The translations under genes were made by a program, and so were the position numbers. Of a stretch of DNA of 64,000 nt, positions 40,450 to 50,197 are shown one piece after another. The DNA comes from Candidatus Binatia bacterium (GTDB taxonomy: Bacteria > Desulfobacterota > Binatia > UBA1149 > CAITLU01). The notes under the pieces were generated by a model, which did not search any database, had not been told where the DNA came from, and worked only from the letters and a program-made list of their open reading frames with translations. The stretch is from assembly GCA_035626675.1 (NCBI GenBank), contig DASPNH010000202.1, positions 15,020 to 79,019 on the forward strand, in the 5' to 3' direction. How positions within the stretch are numbered: the first letter of the stretch is position 1; each line of letters begins with the position of its first letter.

Positions 40450-40751
40450 GGGGGTGAAGGCGCGACGTATCGATTTCGTGCTCCCGCGTTCATTCTTGAA
40501 CGGCGCGGGACATTGGCGGCGCGGCGGCCAAGCCGCGCCCGTGAGGACGTATGCGGAAACGTTGCGGATTCGGCGCGGGGCGGCGTGGCACGCCGAGTGC
40601 TTTGGTGAAGGCGCGGCGATCCGGACTTCGGTCCGGCAAGCCGTGTCCCTCCCCGGCAGCGGCCCAACGCAGGGAGTGGACGGCGCGCGTCCGTTGTGGA
40701 GACGGGCGCGCGCCACCCCTCCTGCCGGGGAGGATGCGGTGAGCCCTTTTT
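40450..40751 (+). ncRNA. Unassigned highly structured candidate ncRNA
   Basis: Consecutive stems, including a C(UUCG)G hairpin (40621-40636), a 12-bp perfect stem 40648-40659/40721-40732, a 13-bp stem with a G-U pair, and T5 at 40747-40751. No credible ORF. Confidence 0.5.
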
Positions 40752-40942
40752 ACTGGTTTGCGGAGATACGGGAAGTGGGAGTGGGGGATTTCGGCCACTA
40801 CGAACGTCCGCGGCGGCGACTAGCATCTCACCATGCGCGCCCGACGCAGCGGAATGCTGTCGGCGCGCCGAGCCCTAGGCGCAAAGCGAATCGGTGATGA
40901 ACCGCCGCCGGGCTAATCGCGACAGTCCCGTGTTGTCGTTGA

Positions 40943-41015
40943 AGCTGACGGCCGGACTCGAACCGGCGACCTGCTGATTACGAATCAGCTGCTCTACCAA
41001 CTGAGCTACGTCAGC
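40943..41015 (-). tRNA. tRNA-Thr (anticodon CGT)
   Basis: Minus strand reads GCTGACGTAGCTCAGTTGGTAGAGCAGCTGATTCGTAATCAGCAGGTCGCCGGTTCGAGTCCGGCCGTCAGCT: full cloverleaf with GTTCGA T-loop; CCA not encoded. Confidence 0.97.
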
Positions 41016-41043
41016 CTGAGAGGACGCGGCACCAGGCCGCAAA

Positions 41044-41072
41044 GGCGAGCGCCTATATAACCGGCGCTCGCC
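41044..41072 (-). terminator. 10-bp hairpin after vapC; its loop carries a TATATA -10-like box for the tRNA
   Basis: ggcgagcgcc-tatataacc-ggcgctcgcc, followed by ttt on the minus strand. Confidence 0.5.
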
Positions 41073-41077
41073 ATGGT

Positions 41078-41506
41078 TCAACCCTGGCTTCGGGGCGACC
41101 CTACCCAGCAGGCGACCTGCGGCAGTCCGGCGCCGGCCAGCGTGCCGAGCAGCCTGCGATCGGCGGTCACGAGCTTTCCCTGGTGCCGCATCGCCGCGGC
41201 GACGTAGAGACAATCGTAGACGGGATGGCCGAGCAGGACGGCGAGTCGCAGCGCGTCCTCGATGAGGTCGCGCGTCGGGATCAACTCCACGGGCATCTCG
41301 GCCAGAAGGCTCAGGCAGCTGCTGCTTTCGGCCAGCGTCAGCTGGCGGCGTACGGTGCGTTTCCACAGCAGGCTGGCGACTTCAGCCAGCAGCGATTCGG
41401 GCGCGACCAGCTCGATCTCGTCGTCCAGCCAGGCGCGCGCGTCCTGAGAGTTGTCCTCGGGGAGCACCCATTTCGCCGCGACGCTCGCGTCGACGACGGC
41501 AATCAT
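41078..41506 (-). CDS. vapC: PIN-domain toxin VapC
   Basis: MIAVVDASVAAKW, LLAEVAS, YDCLYVAAA, LVTADRRL. Confidence 0.92.
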   Translation of the reverse strand: MIAVVDASVAAKWVLPEDNSQDARAWLDDEIELVAPESLLAEVASLLWKRTVRRQLTLAESSSCLSLLAEMPVELIPTRDLIEDALRLAVLLGHPVYDCLYVAAAMRHQGKLVTADRRLLGTLAGAGLPQVACWVGSPRSQG

Positions 41507-41730
41507 CGGTCGCGATCCTCGCGAACCAGCTCGGTGCTGTCGCCGAGGGGTCCGGGCAGCGTGGCGCTGAGGCGCTCGGCCGCCTGGCGGAACTGGGATG
41601 CGGAACCGCGAGCGGCCCGCTCGAGCACGACCTTGAGCTCGGCCTGCAACGACCGGTTATGCGCCTTGGCCCGGCCCTTCAGGGCCTGCAGGACCTCGGC
41701 ATCGATTCCGCGGATCAGGACGTTCGGCAT
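41503..41730 (-). CDS. FitA-like ribbon-helix-helix antitoxin
   Basis: MPNVLIRGIDAEVLQALKGRAKAHNRSLQAELKVVLE...DSTELVREDRDR; 4-nt overlap with vapC. Confidence 0.88.
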   Translation of the reverse strand: MPNVLIRGIDAEVLQALKGRAKAHNRSLQAELKVVLERAARGSASQFRQAAERLSATLPGPLGDSTELVREDRDR

Positions 41731-41839
41731 TGGACCACCACGCGCTTTCATTTCGATATCGATCTCTGGCGCAAGTCTATCGCCGTGAGGGCCGCCGGCC
41801 CAAAACCATCGCTGTCATGATTCTTTGGCGGTGCGCGGG

Positions 41840-41873
41840 ACAATGTGAGACGGCCGCGAGACATTGTGATACA
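41840..41873. promoter_or_regulatory. Putative binding sites for the sigma-54 activator, upstream of the kinase operon
   Basis: Minus strand TGTATCA-caa-TGTCTCG-cggcc-GTCTCA, the same arrangement as at 45552-45568; also an acaatgt/acattgt inverted repeat. Confidence 0.55.
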
Positions 41874-41909
41874 CCCCCACCGATGCTCCGAAGCCGAGCT
41901 AGGCAAGTG

Positions 41910-43697
41910 ATGCGCTTCCCGCTCCAGGCCCGCTACACGCTGGCCATCGGCGGCCTGGTCTTCGTGGCCCTTACCGTCCTGTGGATCGGCATGACCATCC
42001 GCAACCGGTCCTTCACCCGCGAGCTCGAGCAAGCCACCTCCAAGACCATGGCCGCGACGCTTCAGCGGCGCAGTGAAGACCAGGCCATGACCATCGCCAC
42101 CAATCTGGCCAAGCGTCTGACCACTGCCGTTGCCAGGAAAGACCTCCCTGCCATCGAGAGGCTGCTTGCCGAGACGCGCCGCTATCCCAACGCGCTGTCG
42201 GCCAAGGTCCTGGACCCGCGCGGCATCGTCTTGCACGACGGCACGCCCGCGAACGCGGATGCCGGCAGCGACTTCGGCACGCGCTGGAGCCGCGAGGCTC
42301 TAAAGAAGAAGAAAGCCGTCGTCGCCGTCGAGATGGAAGCATTGCGAGCGTCCGCGCCGATCATGTCGGACGACGCCAGCGTGCTCGGCATTGCGATGGT
42401 CGAGCTCGCGCGCGTCGACAGCATCGCCGAGGTCGACTTCGAGCGCGGCAACCTGCGCCGCATCATCTACGGAGAGTGGCAGGCACTGGCCATCACCGGC
42501 GCCATCACGGGCCTGGCGCTGGTCGGCCTCTCGATGATGGCGGCAGCCATCGTTGCCGAACGCCTGGCCACGCCGATCGGCGAGCTGGCCGAGCGCGCAC
42601 GTGCCATCGGCCGCGGCGAGCGCGACATCCCCGCAGCGTCCAAACGTCGCGACGAGCTCGGCGATCTCGCGCGTGCCTTCGACGAGATGGCCGCGGCGCT
42701 CAAGTCCACCACGGTCTCCAAGGACTACGTCGACAACATCCTGCAGTCGATGGCCGAGATGCTGGTGGTCACCGACGAGCAGGGCCGCATCGTGACCGCC
42801 AACAACGCCTTCCTTGCCGAGATCGAGGCCGACGAAGCTTCCGCCCGCGGTGCTTCGCTGGAACGGTTTCTTCCGGGTCTTTCGACGTTTTCCCAGCCTC
42901 GTCCGCCGCACTTCGAGCTTCACCGGCCCGACGGCACCACCGTTCCGGTGCAGGTATCGGTCACCCCGCTGCGCGAAGGCGCGGGCACCGATGCCGGCCA
43001 CGTCTACGTCATGCAGAACGTGGCCGAGCGCCTGGCGGCGAGCCGCCAGATCGAGCGCTCGCTGCGCGAGAACGAGATCCTGCTCAAGGAGATTCACCAC
43101 CGCGTCAAGAACAACCTGCAGATCATCTCGAGCATGCTCAGCCTGCAGGCGGCGCGCACCGACGACCGCCGTGCGCGCGCGGTGTTCATCGAGAGCGAGA
43201 GCCGCATTCGTGCGATGGCGCTGATCCACGAGCAGCTCTACCGATCCGGCGACCTGGCGCGCGTCAACATCGGCGAGTATCTCGAGAATCTCAGCCGGCA
43301 GATCGCGCGCTACCTCGGACGCCTGGACTGCCGCGTCGAGATCGCCTGCGACTTCCAGGAAGTGCCGGTCGACGTGGCCATTCCGTGCGGGCTGATCGTC
43401 AACGAGCTGGTCACCAACTGTATCCAGCACGCCTTCCCGGACGGTCGCGCCGGCACGGTCAGCATCTGGTTCACTGCCAGCAAGGGGCAGCGCGTGCTGA
43501 TCGTCAGCGACGACGGCGTGGGCGTGTCGCCCGACGTGGATCTGGAATCGGGCGCCACGCTCGGCCTGAAGCTCGTGCGCGCGCTGTCGGATCAGCTCGG
43601 CGGGCGCCTCGAGATCATCAACGACAACGGTGCGACTTTCCGCATCACTTTCCCGGCCAAGGACGAGAGCGGCGGGCGCCAATCGCGCGCTGCATGA
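41910..43697 (+). CDS. Membrane HAMP-PAS sensor histidine kinase (HisKA_2 type)
   Basis: Two TM segments, HAMP (RRDELGDLARAFDEM), PAS, LLKEIHHRVKNNLQII, NELVTNCIQHAF, SDDGVG. Confidence 0.9.
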   Translation: MRFPLQARYTLAIGGLVFVALTVLWIGMTIRNRSFTRELEQATSKTMAATLQRRSEDQAMTIATNLAKRLTTAVARKDLPAIERLLAETRRYPNALSAKVLDPRGIVLHDGTPANADAGSDFGTRWSREALKKKKAVVAVEMEALRASAPIMSDDASVLGIAMVELARVDSIAEVDFERGNLRRIIYGEWQALAITGAITGLALVGLSMMAAAIVAERLATPIGELAERARAIGRGERDIPAASKRRDELGDLARAFDEMAAALKSTTVSKDYVDNILQSMAEMLVVTDEQGRIVTANNAFLAEIEADEASARGASLERFLPGLSTFSQPRPPHFELHRPDGTTVPVQVSVTPLREGAGTDAGHVYVMQNVAERLAASRQIERSLRENEILLKEIHHRVKNNLQIISSMLSLQAARTDDRRARAVFIESESRIRAMALIHEQLYRSGDLARVNIGEYLENLSRQIARYLGRLDCRVEIACDFQEVPVDVAIPCGLIVNELVTNCIQHAFPDGRAGTVSIWFTASKGQRVLIVSDDGVGVSPDVDLESGATLGLKLVRALSDQLGGRLEIINDNGATFRITFPAKDESGGRQSRAA

Positions 43698-43707
43698 AGG
43701 GGAACGC

Positions 43708-45441
<1,734 letters not shown>

Positions 45442-45551
45442 TCGCTGCGGCGGCGCGAGCTCGAAGCCAAAGCGTGGTGCGTTGACGCCTGATGACGCCG
45501 CGGCGCTGACGGCGCGGGCTCCGTTCGTTGAGCCTCCGAACAGCCTCACGC

Positions 45552-45612
45552 TGTCTCAAAGTGTCTCGCCGATAAGTCGCCGAGACAGCCACGATACACG
45601 TTCGCTGAGACA
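45552..45612. promoter_or_regulatory. Upstream activating sequences (enhancer) for a sigma-54 promoter
   Basis: TGTCTCA 45552, TGTCTCG 45562, CGAGACA 45581, CGATACA 45592, TGAGACA 45606; 45562/45581 form a perfect 7-bp IR with a 12-nt spacer. Confidence 0.65.
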
Positions 45613-45642
45613 TCACTCCGTCGAGGCGGCCAGCTTGGCAGC

Positions 45643-45655
45643 CAAACAGCTGATT
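45643..45655 (-). promoter_or_regulatory. IHF-like binding site
   Basis: Minus strand AATCAGCTGTTTG fits WATCARNNNNTTR, lies between the UAS and the promoter, and has an adjacent A/T tract. Confidence 0.5.
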
Positions 45656-45692
45656 TTGCAGCAGTTTATTATTCGGGAGCTGCGAGCCGGCT

Positions 45693-45708
45693 CGGCACGA
45701 CAAATGCT
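45693..45708 (+). promoter_or_regulatory. Sigma-54 (RpoN) -24/-12 promoter
   Basis: CGGCACGACAAATGCT: GG at 45694-45695 and GC at 45706-45707 (GG-N10-GC); predicted +1 near 45719-45720. Confidence 0.7.
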
Positions 45709-45718
45709 CTAGAGCTAT

Positions 45719-45995
45719 CAGCGGCGAGGCCGCCAGGAGAAACGAGGGAGAGGGAACGGAGCGCGTGCACGGCGCGCTCCGAAGGATCAACGCAACGAAA
45801 CGAACAGGACTCTGAGCCGTAGGACCAGTCCCCCAACGCTACGGCTCACGTCCGCACTCACTCCCCCCGGGGGGCTGCGGACAGTGAGGCCCGGCGCTCC
45901 AAGGCCAGAGGGGCGCCGGGCGCTTCCCACAAGCTGAGGGGACAGGCACCGGCTACCCGCAATAGCCGGACCGCCTGTCCCCTTTCGCATTTTTA
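45719..45995 (+). ncRNA. Candidate sigma-54-dependent regulatory small RNA
   Basis: Starts at the predicted RpoN TSS; six hairpins separated by GGA- and A-rich single strands; ends in a hairpin plus T-rich tract; no convincing ORF. Confidence 0.55.
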
Positions 45996-46013
45996 AGGGG
46001 ACGGTCCCCTTAA
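45993..46013. repeat. Palindrome ttaaggggac-g-gtccccttaa (palindromic element family)
   Basis: Perfect 10-bp arms; preceded by the related hairpin aggggacaggc...gcctgtcccct (45937-45983). Confidence 0.8.
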
Positions 46014-46114
46014 GACTCACGCTTCTCCGTGTGCAACTTGGCAACCTCCATGCGGCTCGCATGCTGCGCAACCTCGCTTTTGCTTTTGATGCCGGAGCGT
46101 TCGAGGCACGCGCC

Positions 46115-46959
46115 ATGAAGCACACCCGCCATACGATGCGGACGCGCAAGGACGGTCAGCCGTTCGTTCTCGTCGATTCGCCGCGCCCGCACGTCCGCCT
46201 CATCACCCTGAACAATCCCGAGCGCATGAACGCGATGTCCTTCGACCTGGTCGGCTCGCTGTACGCAGCACTGCAGGAGGTCGCCAACGACAACGACTGC
46301 TGGGTCGCAGTGCTGACGGGTACCGGCCGAGGCTTCTGCTCGGGCATGGATCTGACGGACGTCGGGATGCCGCCGGGCAGCGACAACCTTCCAATCTCGC
46401 GCATCGCGACGCGCGCGATGGCCTTCATGTCGGATATCGTGCCGGCCATGCGTGCGATTCCCCAGCCGCTGATCTGCGCAGTCAACGGCGCGGCCATCGG
46501 CGGCGGAATGTGCCTGCCGCTCGGTGCGGACATCCGCATCACCTCGCGCTCGGCGACGTTTCGCGGCGCCGGCATCAACAACGGGCTCACCGGAACCGAG
46601 TGCGGCGTGAGCTTTCTGCTGCCGCGGCTGATCGGTGCGTCGCGCGCGAACGAGATCATTCTCTCGGGGCGCGAGGTTACGGCCGAAGAAGCGCAGGGCA
46701 TCGGGCTGGTCTCGCGCGTCGTCGACGACGAGGAACTGGTTTCTGCGAGCTGCGCTCTGGCTGAGCAGATGTGCGGCTACAGCCCACACGGCTTGGCCAT
46801 GACCAAGGAAGTGCTTTGGGCGAACCTGGAGAAGGCAGCCTTCAAGCGGCGATCGATCTGGAGAACCGCAACCAGCTGCTGGTTCGCATGACGACGCAGA
46901 ACCTCGACGAAGCGATACGCGCGCGCCGCGAAAAGCGACCGCCGGTCTATGAGGATTGA
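46115..46959 (+). pseudogene. Enoyl-CoA hydratase/isomerase with a 1-bp frameshift near 46832 (pseudogene or sequence error); start uncertain
   Basis: ITLNNPERMNAM, FCSGMDL, AVNGAAIGGG, GLVSRVV in frame 46031. The expected C-terminus GSLQAAIDLENRNQLL...EKRPPVYED continues in another frame to 46959. Confidence 0.8.
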
Positions 46960-47119
46960 GGTATCAGGAAGCTTCCGCTCGATGCTATCCGTGAACGCGT
47001 GACCAACAACACTGATCTGTTAGGCCGAAGTGGCACGCAACTGTCTGCTTGTCGCAGCCGGCGCCGCACTGCTAAGGTCGAACGAGTCGCCGCAGACGTA
47101 GCAGAAGGATGGCAGCTAT

Positions 47120-48814
47120 ATGGAGGCCGGGAAACGTAACATTACCGACATCTTCAACCGCGCTCGGACTTTGGAGATTCCGTTCTTCCAGCGGTCGTAC
47201 GTGTGGTCGGAAAGGAACTGGCAGCGGTTCCTCGACGACATGAAACAGACAGCATCGAGCGGCAGACCGTACTTCCTTGGATCTGTGATCCAAAAACAGC
47301 GCCCGACCAGTACTGGATCGAAAATTGGCGATGCGCGGCGCGTAATCGACGGACAGCAACGGCTGACCACGCTTGTGCTGTTCTTCAACACGCTCTGCCG
47401 GGTCCACAACCGCCTCGACCTTTTCGACACCACCTTTCGCGACTTCGAGGGGAGGCTCATCCTGCAGCATAACCACGCGGACATCGAGCCCTTCGAAGCT
47501 GCCCTGGAGAGTCGCCTAACGTCAGACGTGAAGGCGCAGTATCGTGGCAGCCGCATCATAGCGGCGCACGATTACTTCGAGAACAAACGAAACGTTCTCG
47601 AAGGAATTTCCCCGCTTTCGCTGCTACAGCTCGTATATTTCGTAGGCATCGACCTCGGGTCCGACGAGGATGAGCAACAGATATTCGACACGCTGAACTC
47701 TCTCGGCGTCGCGCTTAGCACCGCCGAACTTCTCAAGAATGAGCTCTTCAAACGCGACGACGTCCACTTTTATCGCGAAACCTGGCGAAAAGTTTTTGAG
47801 CACGATGCACCGACTCGTAAGTATTGGGACGAGAAGGTAACCGCGGGTAGGACCCGTCGTGGCATGGTGGACGTCTTTCTGCAGAGTTTCCTCATGATGC
47901 AGGACGACGTCGGCGAAGAACTGCGCGTAGACCGCTTGTTCGAGGAGTACAAGCAGCACCTCGCTTGCAGTGGGACGGACCGCAACGCTTTCATCACTGA
48001 GCTGACAAGGACCGCCGTCCTTTTCCGCGAGAACGTACGGGCGAACGTCCTGGAAGAGGAGTTGGATCGTAACATCGGAGTGGACAGGCTGAACGTCCTG
48101 CTTTTCGGACTCAATACGACGACGGTGCTGCCTTACGCGCTGTATGTTTTGAAAACGGTTCCCGACCGCGCGGAGCGTGAAAAGATGTTCCGGCTGATCG
48201 AGAACTATCTCATTCGACGCCTCGTCTGCCGGGAGACGACGAAAAACTACAACAACCTCTTTTCGAGCTTCATGCGAGCCCGACTGAACTCTTGCGACTC
48301 CTTGGCCGGCAGGCTCGCAAAGACGACGGATCCGACGGTGCGCATACCTACCGACGAGGAATTTGTTCGTGGGTTCGTCGAAAACAACCTGAGCAATGGC
48401 CAGGCAAAAATCCTTCTCTATATGCTCGAGCGCTCTATTCGTAATGACGAACGGCAGAGCACCGCACTGATGGGAGCGTCGCGCTACTCTTTAGAGCACC
48501 TCATGCCAAAGAAGTGGCGCAATCATTGGGGTACGCTGCCCGCAGAGGAAGCGCACCGACGCGATCAAGCGCTTCGCAAGCTGGGGAACCTTTCACTATT
48601 GTCAACGAAGCTGAACACGTCGATCCGCGACGGGGCGTGGGAGATAAAGAAGAACGGAAGCAAGGGGCGTCACGGCCTGCAACATTACGCGAGCAGTTTA
48701 GAGACGCTTGCGCCGTACTTGTCACGATCCGTATGGGACGATTCCGCGATCTACGAGCGCGGCCGTTGGCTCGCGGAGCAAGCGCTGCGCGTGTGGCCTT
48801 TCCCTTCGCTCTGA
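47120..48814 (+). CDS. DUF262 + DUF1524 (HNH) protein, GmrSD-like modification-dependent restriction endonuclease
   Basis: IPFFQRSYVW, IDGQQRLTT, IFDTLNSLG, SLEHLMP...LGNLSLLSTKLN. Lower GC (45-58% in two sampled lines versus 70% in a flanking line). Confidence 0.85.
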   Translation: MEAGKRNITDIFNRARTLEIPFFQRSYVWSERNWQRFLDDMKQTASSGRPYFLGSVIQKQRPTSTGSKIGDARRVIDGQQRLTTLVLFFNTLCRVHNRLDLFDTTFRDFEGRLILQHNHADIEPFEAALESRLTSDVKAQYRGSRIIAAHDYFENKRNVLEGISPLSLLQLVYFVGIDLGSDEDEQQIFDTLNSLGVALSTAELLKNELFKRDDVHFYRETWRKVFEHDAPTRKYWDEKVTAGRTRRGMVDVFLQSFLMMQDDVGEELRVDRLFEEYKQHLACSGTDRNAFITELTRTAVLFRENVRANVLEEELDRNIGVDRLNVLLFGLNTTTVLPYALYVLKTVPDRAEREKMFRLIENYLIRRLVCRETTKNYNNLFSSFMRARLNSCDSLAGRLAKTTDPTVRIPTDEEFVRGFVENNLSNGQAKILLYMLERSIRNDERQSTALMGASRYSLEHLMPKKWRNHWGTLPAEEAHRRDQALRKLGNLSLLSTKLNTSIRDGAWEIKKNGSKGRHGLQHYASSLETLAPYLSRSVWDDSAIYERGRWLAEQALRVWPFPSL

Positions 48815-48911
48815 CGTCCGCCTGCCGCTCCACCATCACTTCGGGCCGCTTGGGCCACATCTGGCACGCGCAAGCGGCGCTCCAGCTCCGTCTATGAAGA
48901 CGGAAACGGCG

Positions 48912-49319
48912 TCAGGCACCTTTTTCACCGGCGAGTCCGGCGATTAGCGTCTGAACTTGCGCTGAGTCGAAGTACTCGTCGAGACGCGTGATGCGTCCAC
49001 ATTCCACCTTGCAGACGACGCAGGCGGGCAGCTCGAAGGAAGCGCCCTTGTTCGAGACGGCAGTCAGCACGTGCTGCTGGACGAACCCGCCTTCGAACGC
49101 CGCGAGACGGCTGACCTCGTAACGCCGCTCTCGGCTGGCCGCGATGAACGCGCCCAGCGTTGCGAGGTTCTCGTCCACAGGCTGCGCGATGCCGTCGTGG
49201 TTGTGCCAGACCACCGCGCCGGGCGCATAGATCGAGGCGATGGTCGCGACGTCGCCGCTTTCGATGGCGGCGAAGAATCGGCGGGCGAGGGTGAGAGTTT
49301 CGGTGGTCGAATCGGGCAT
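48912..49319 (-). CDS. SnoaL/NTF2-like protein
   Basis: FFAAIESGD, YAPGAVVWHN, GFVQQHVL, ITRLDEYFDS. Confidence 0.85.
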   Translation of the reverse strand: MPDSTTETLTLARRFFAAIESGDVATIASIYAPGAVVWHNHDGIAQPVDENLATLGAFIAASRERRYEVSRLAAFEGGFVQQHVLTAVSNKGASFELPACVVCKVECGRITRLDEYFDSAQVQTLIAGLAGEKGA

Positions 49320-49404
49320 GGCGCGATCCTAGGCGGCTGTCGCGAAATGTCAGATGCGGATTCTGCACTGGAACACAGGGCCAGCGGCGTACCGAGGAAC
49401 ACCC

Positions 49405-49490
49405 GCGACCCGCACGACCTGCGACCCGCACGACCTGCGACCCGCACGACCTGCGGCCCGCACGACCTGCGGCCCGCACGACCTGCGGCC
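49405..49490. repeat. Tandem repeat, 16-bp unit x5.4
   Basis: gcgacccgcacgacct x3, then gcggcccgcacgacct x2 and a partial copy; between divergent genes. Confidence 0.93.
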
Positions 49491-49569
49491 GCCGCGCCCA
49501 CGACCACCACAAAGGTATACCGCCAGTATACTCTTGCACGCGCCTGTAATCAGGCGTACGGTCCGGCCC

Positions 49570-50196
49570 GTGTCCACCGCCGCCTCGCTGACCCCGACCC
49601 GCCGTGAGCGCCGCAAGCTCGAGGTGCGCGCGCGCATCGTCGAGGCGGCGCGCCAGCTCTTCGAGACGCGCGGGGTCACGGCCACCACCGTCGCCGACAT
49701 CTGCGAGCACGCCGACGTCGCGCACAAGACGTTCTTCAACCACTTCCCGGCCAAGCAGGACGTGGTGAGGGCGATGGCCGCCGAGTCCATCCAGATCCTG
49801 CTCGAGGAAATCGAGACCGCTCGGCGTGAGGGCCGCACCACGAGCGAGCGCCTGCTTCGCTTCTTTGATGGCATCGCCAAACGTGCCGGCCAAGCCGGCC
49901 CCATGCAGCGCGACGTCCTGACCGAGATCATCCACGCGGCGCAGCAGTCGCCGCAGGAGCCCGAGCACGCGCGCCGGCTGCACGAGGCGTTCGGCGCGCT
50001 CGTGCGCGACGGGGTCAAGGCCGGCGACGTCACCCGGCGCCACAGCGTGCAGACGCTGACCGAGATGATCCTGGGCGCCTACTACGTCCTGATGTTCGAC
50101 TGGGCCAACCTCGACGACTACCCCATCGCACGGCGTGCCCGCGCCGCTGCCCGCTTTCTGGCCGACGCGCTGTCGCCGCGGCCCGAGGAGACCTGA
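49570..50196 (+). CDS. TetR/AcrR family transcriptional regulator
   Basis: GTG start; RRERRKLEVRARI, TTVADICEHADVAHKTFFNHFPAKQD. Confidence 0.88.
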   Translation: MSTAASLTPTRRERRKLEVRARIVEAARQLFETRGVTATTVADICEHADVAHKTFFNHFPAKQDVVRAMAAESIQILLEEIETARREGRTTSERLLRFFDGIAKRAGQAGPMQRDVLTEIIHAAQQSPQEPEHARRLHEAFGALVRDGVKAGDVTRRHSVQTLTEMILGAYYVLMFDWANLDDYPIARRARAAARFLADALSPRPEET

Positions 50197-50197
50197 C

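Noticed and set aside
40450-40730. tmRNA (starts GGGGGTGA and has a pairing CACCCCT)
   Set aside because: No TTCGAC after the 5' stem, no T-arm GGTTCGA, no 3' CCA and no tag ORF ending in alanines.
40720-40900. Large SRP RNA, RNase P RNA or c-di-GMP-I riboswitch (GGGGAGGATGCGGTG and GGCGCAAAGC fragments)
   Set aside because: Diagnostic cores are absent: SRP GGAAGGAAGCAG, RNase P GAGGAAAGTCC, and the riboswitch GGCAAAC.
40943-41730. Prophage or genomic island at tRNA-Thr
   Set aside because: No integrase, phage genes or duplicated tRNA 3' end (att) were seen in the window, and the VapBC pair lies on the 5' side of the tRNA.
45765-45815. 16-codon GTG ORF (VHGALRRINATKRTGL) inside the candidate sRNA
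   Set aside because: The start codon is buried in a 9-10 bp stem and codon use is atypical. Kept only as an alternative to test.
46995-47030. Integron attC-like site (GACCAAC...GTTAGGC) before the DUF262 gene
   Set aside because: The core sites are only about 15 nt apart, far shorter than an attC. There is no matching site after the gene and no integrase.
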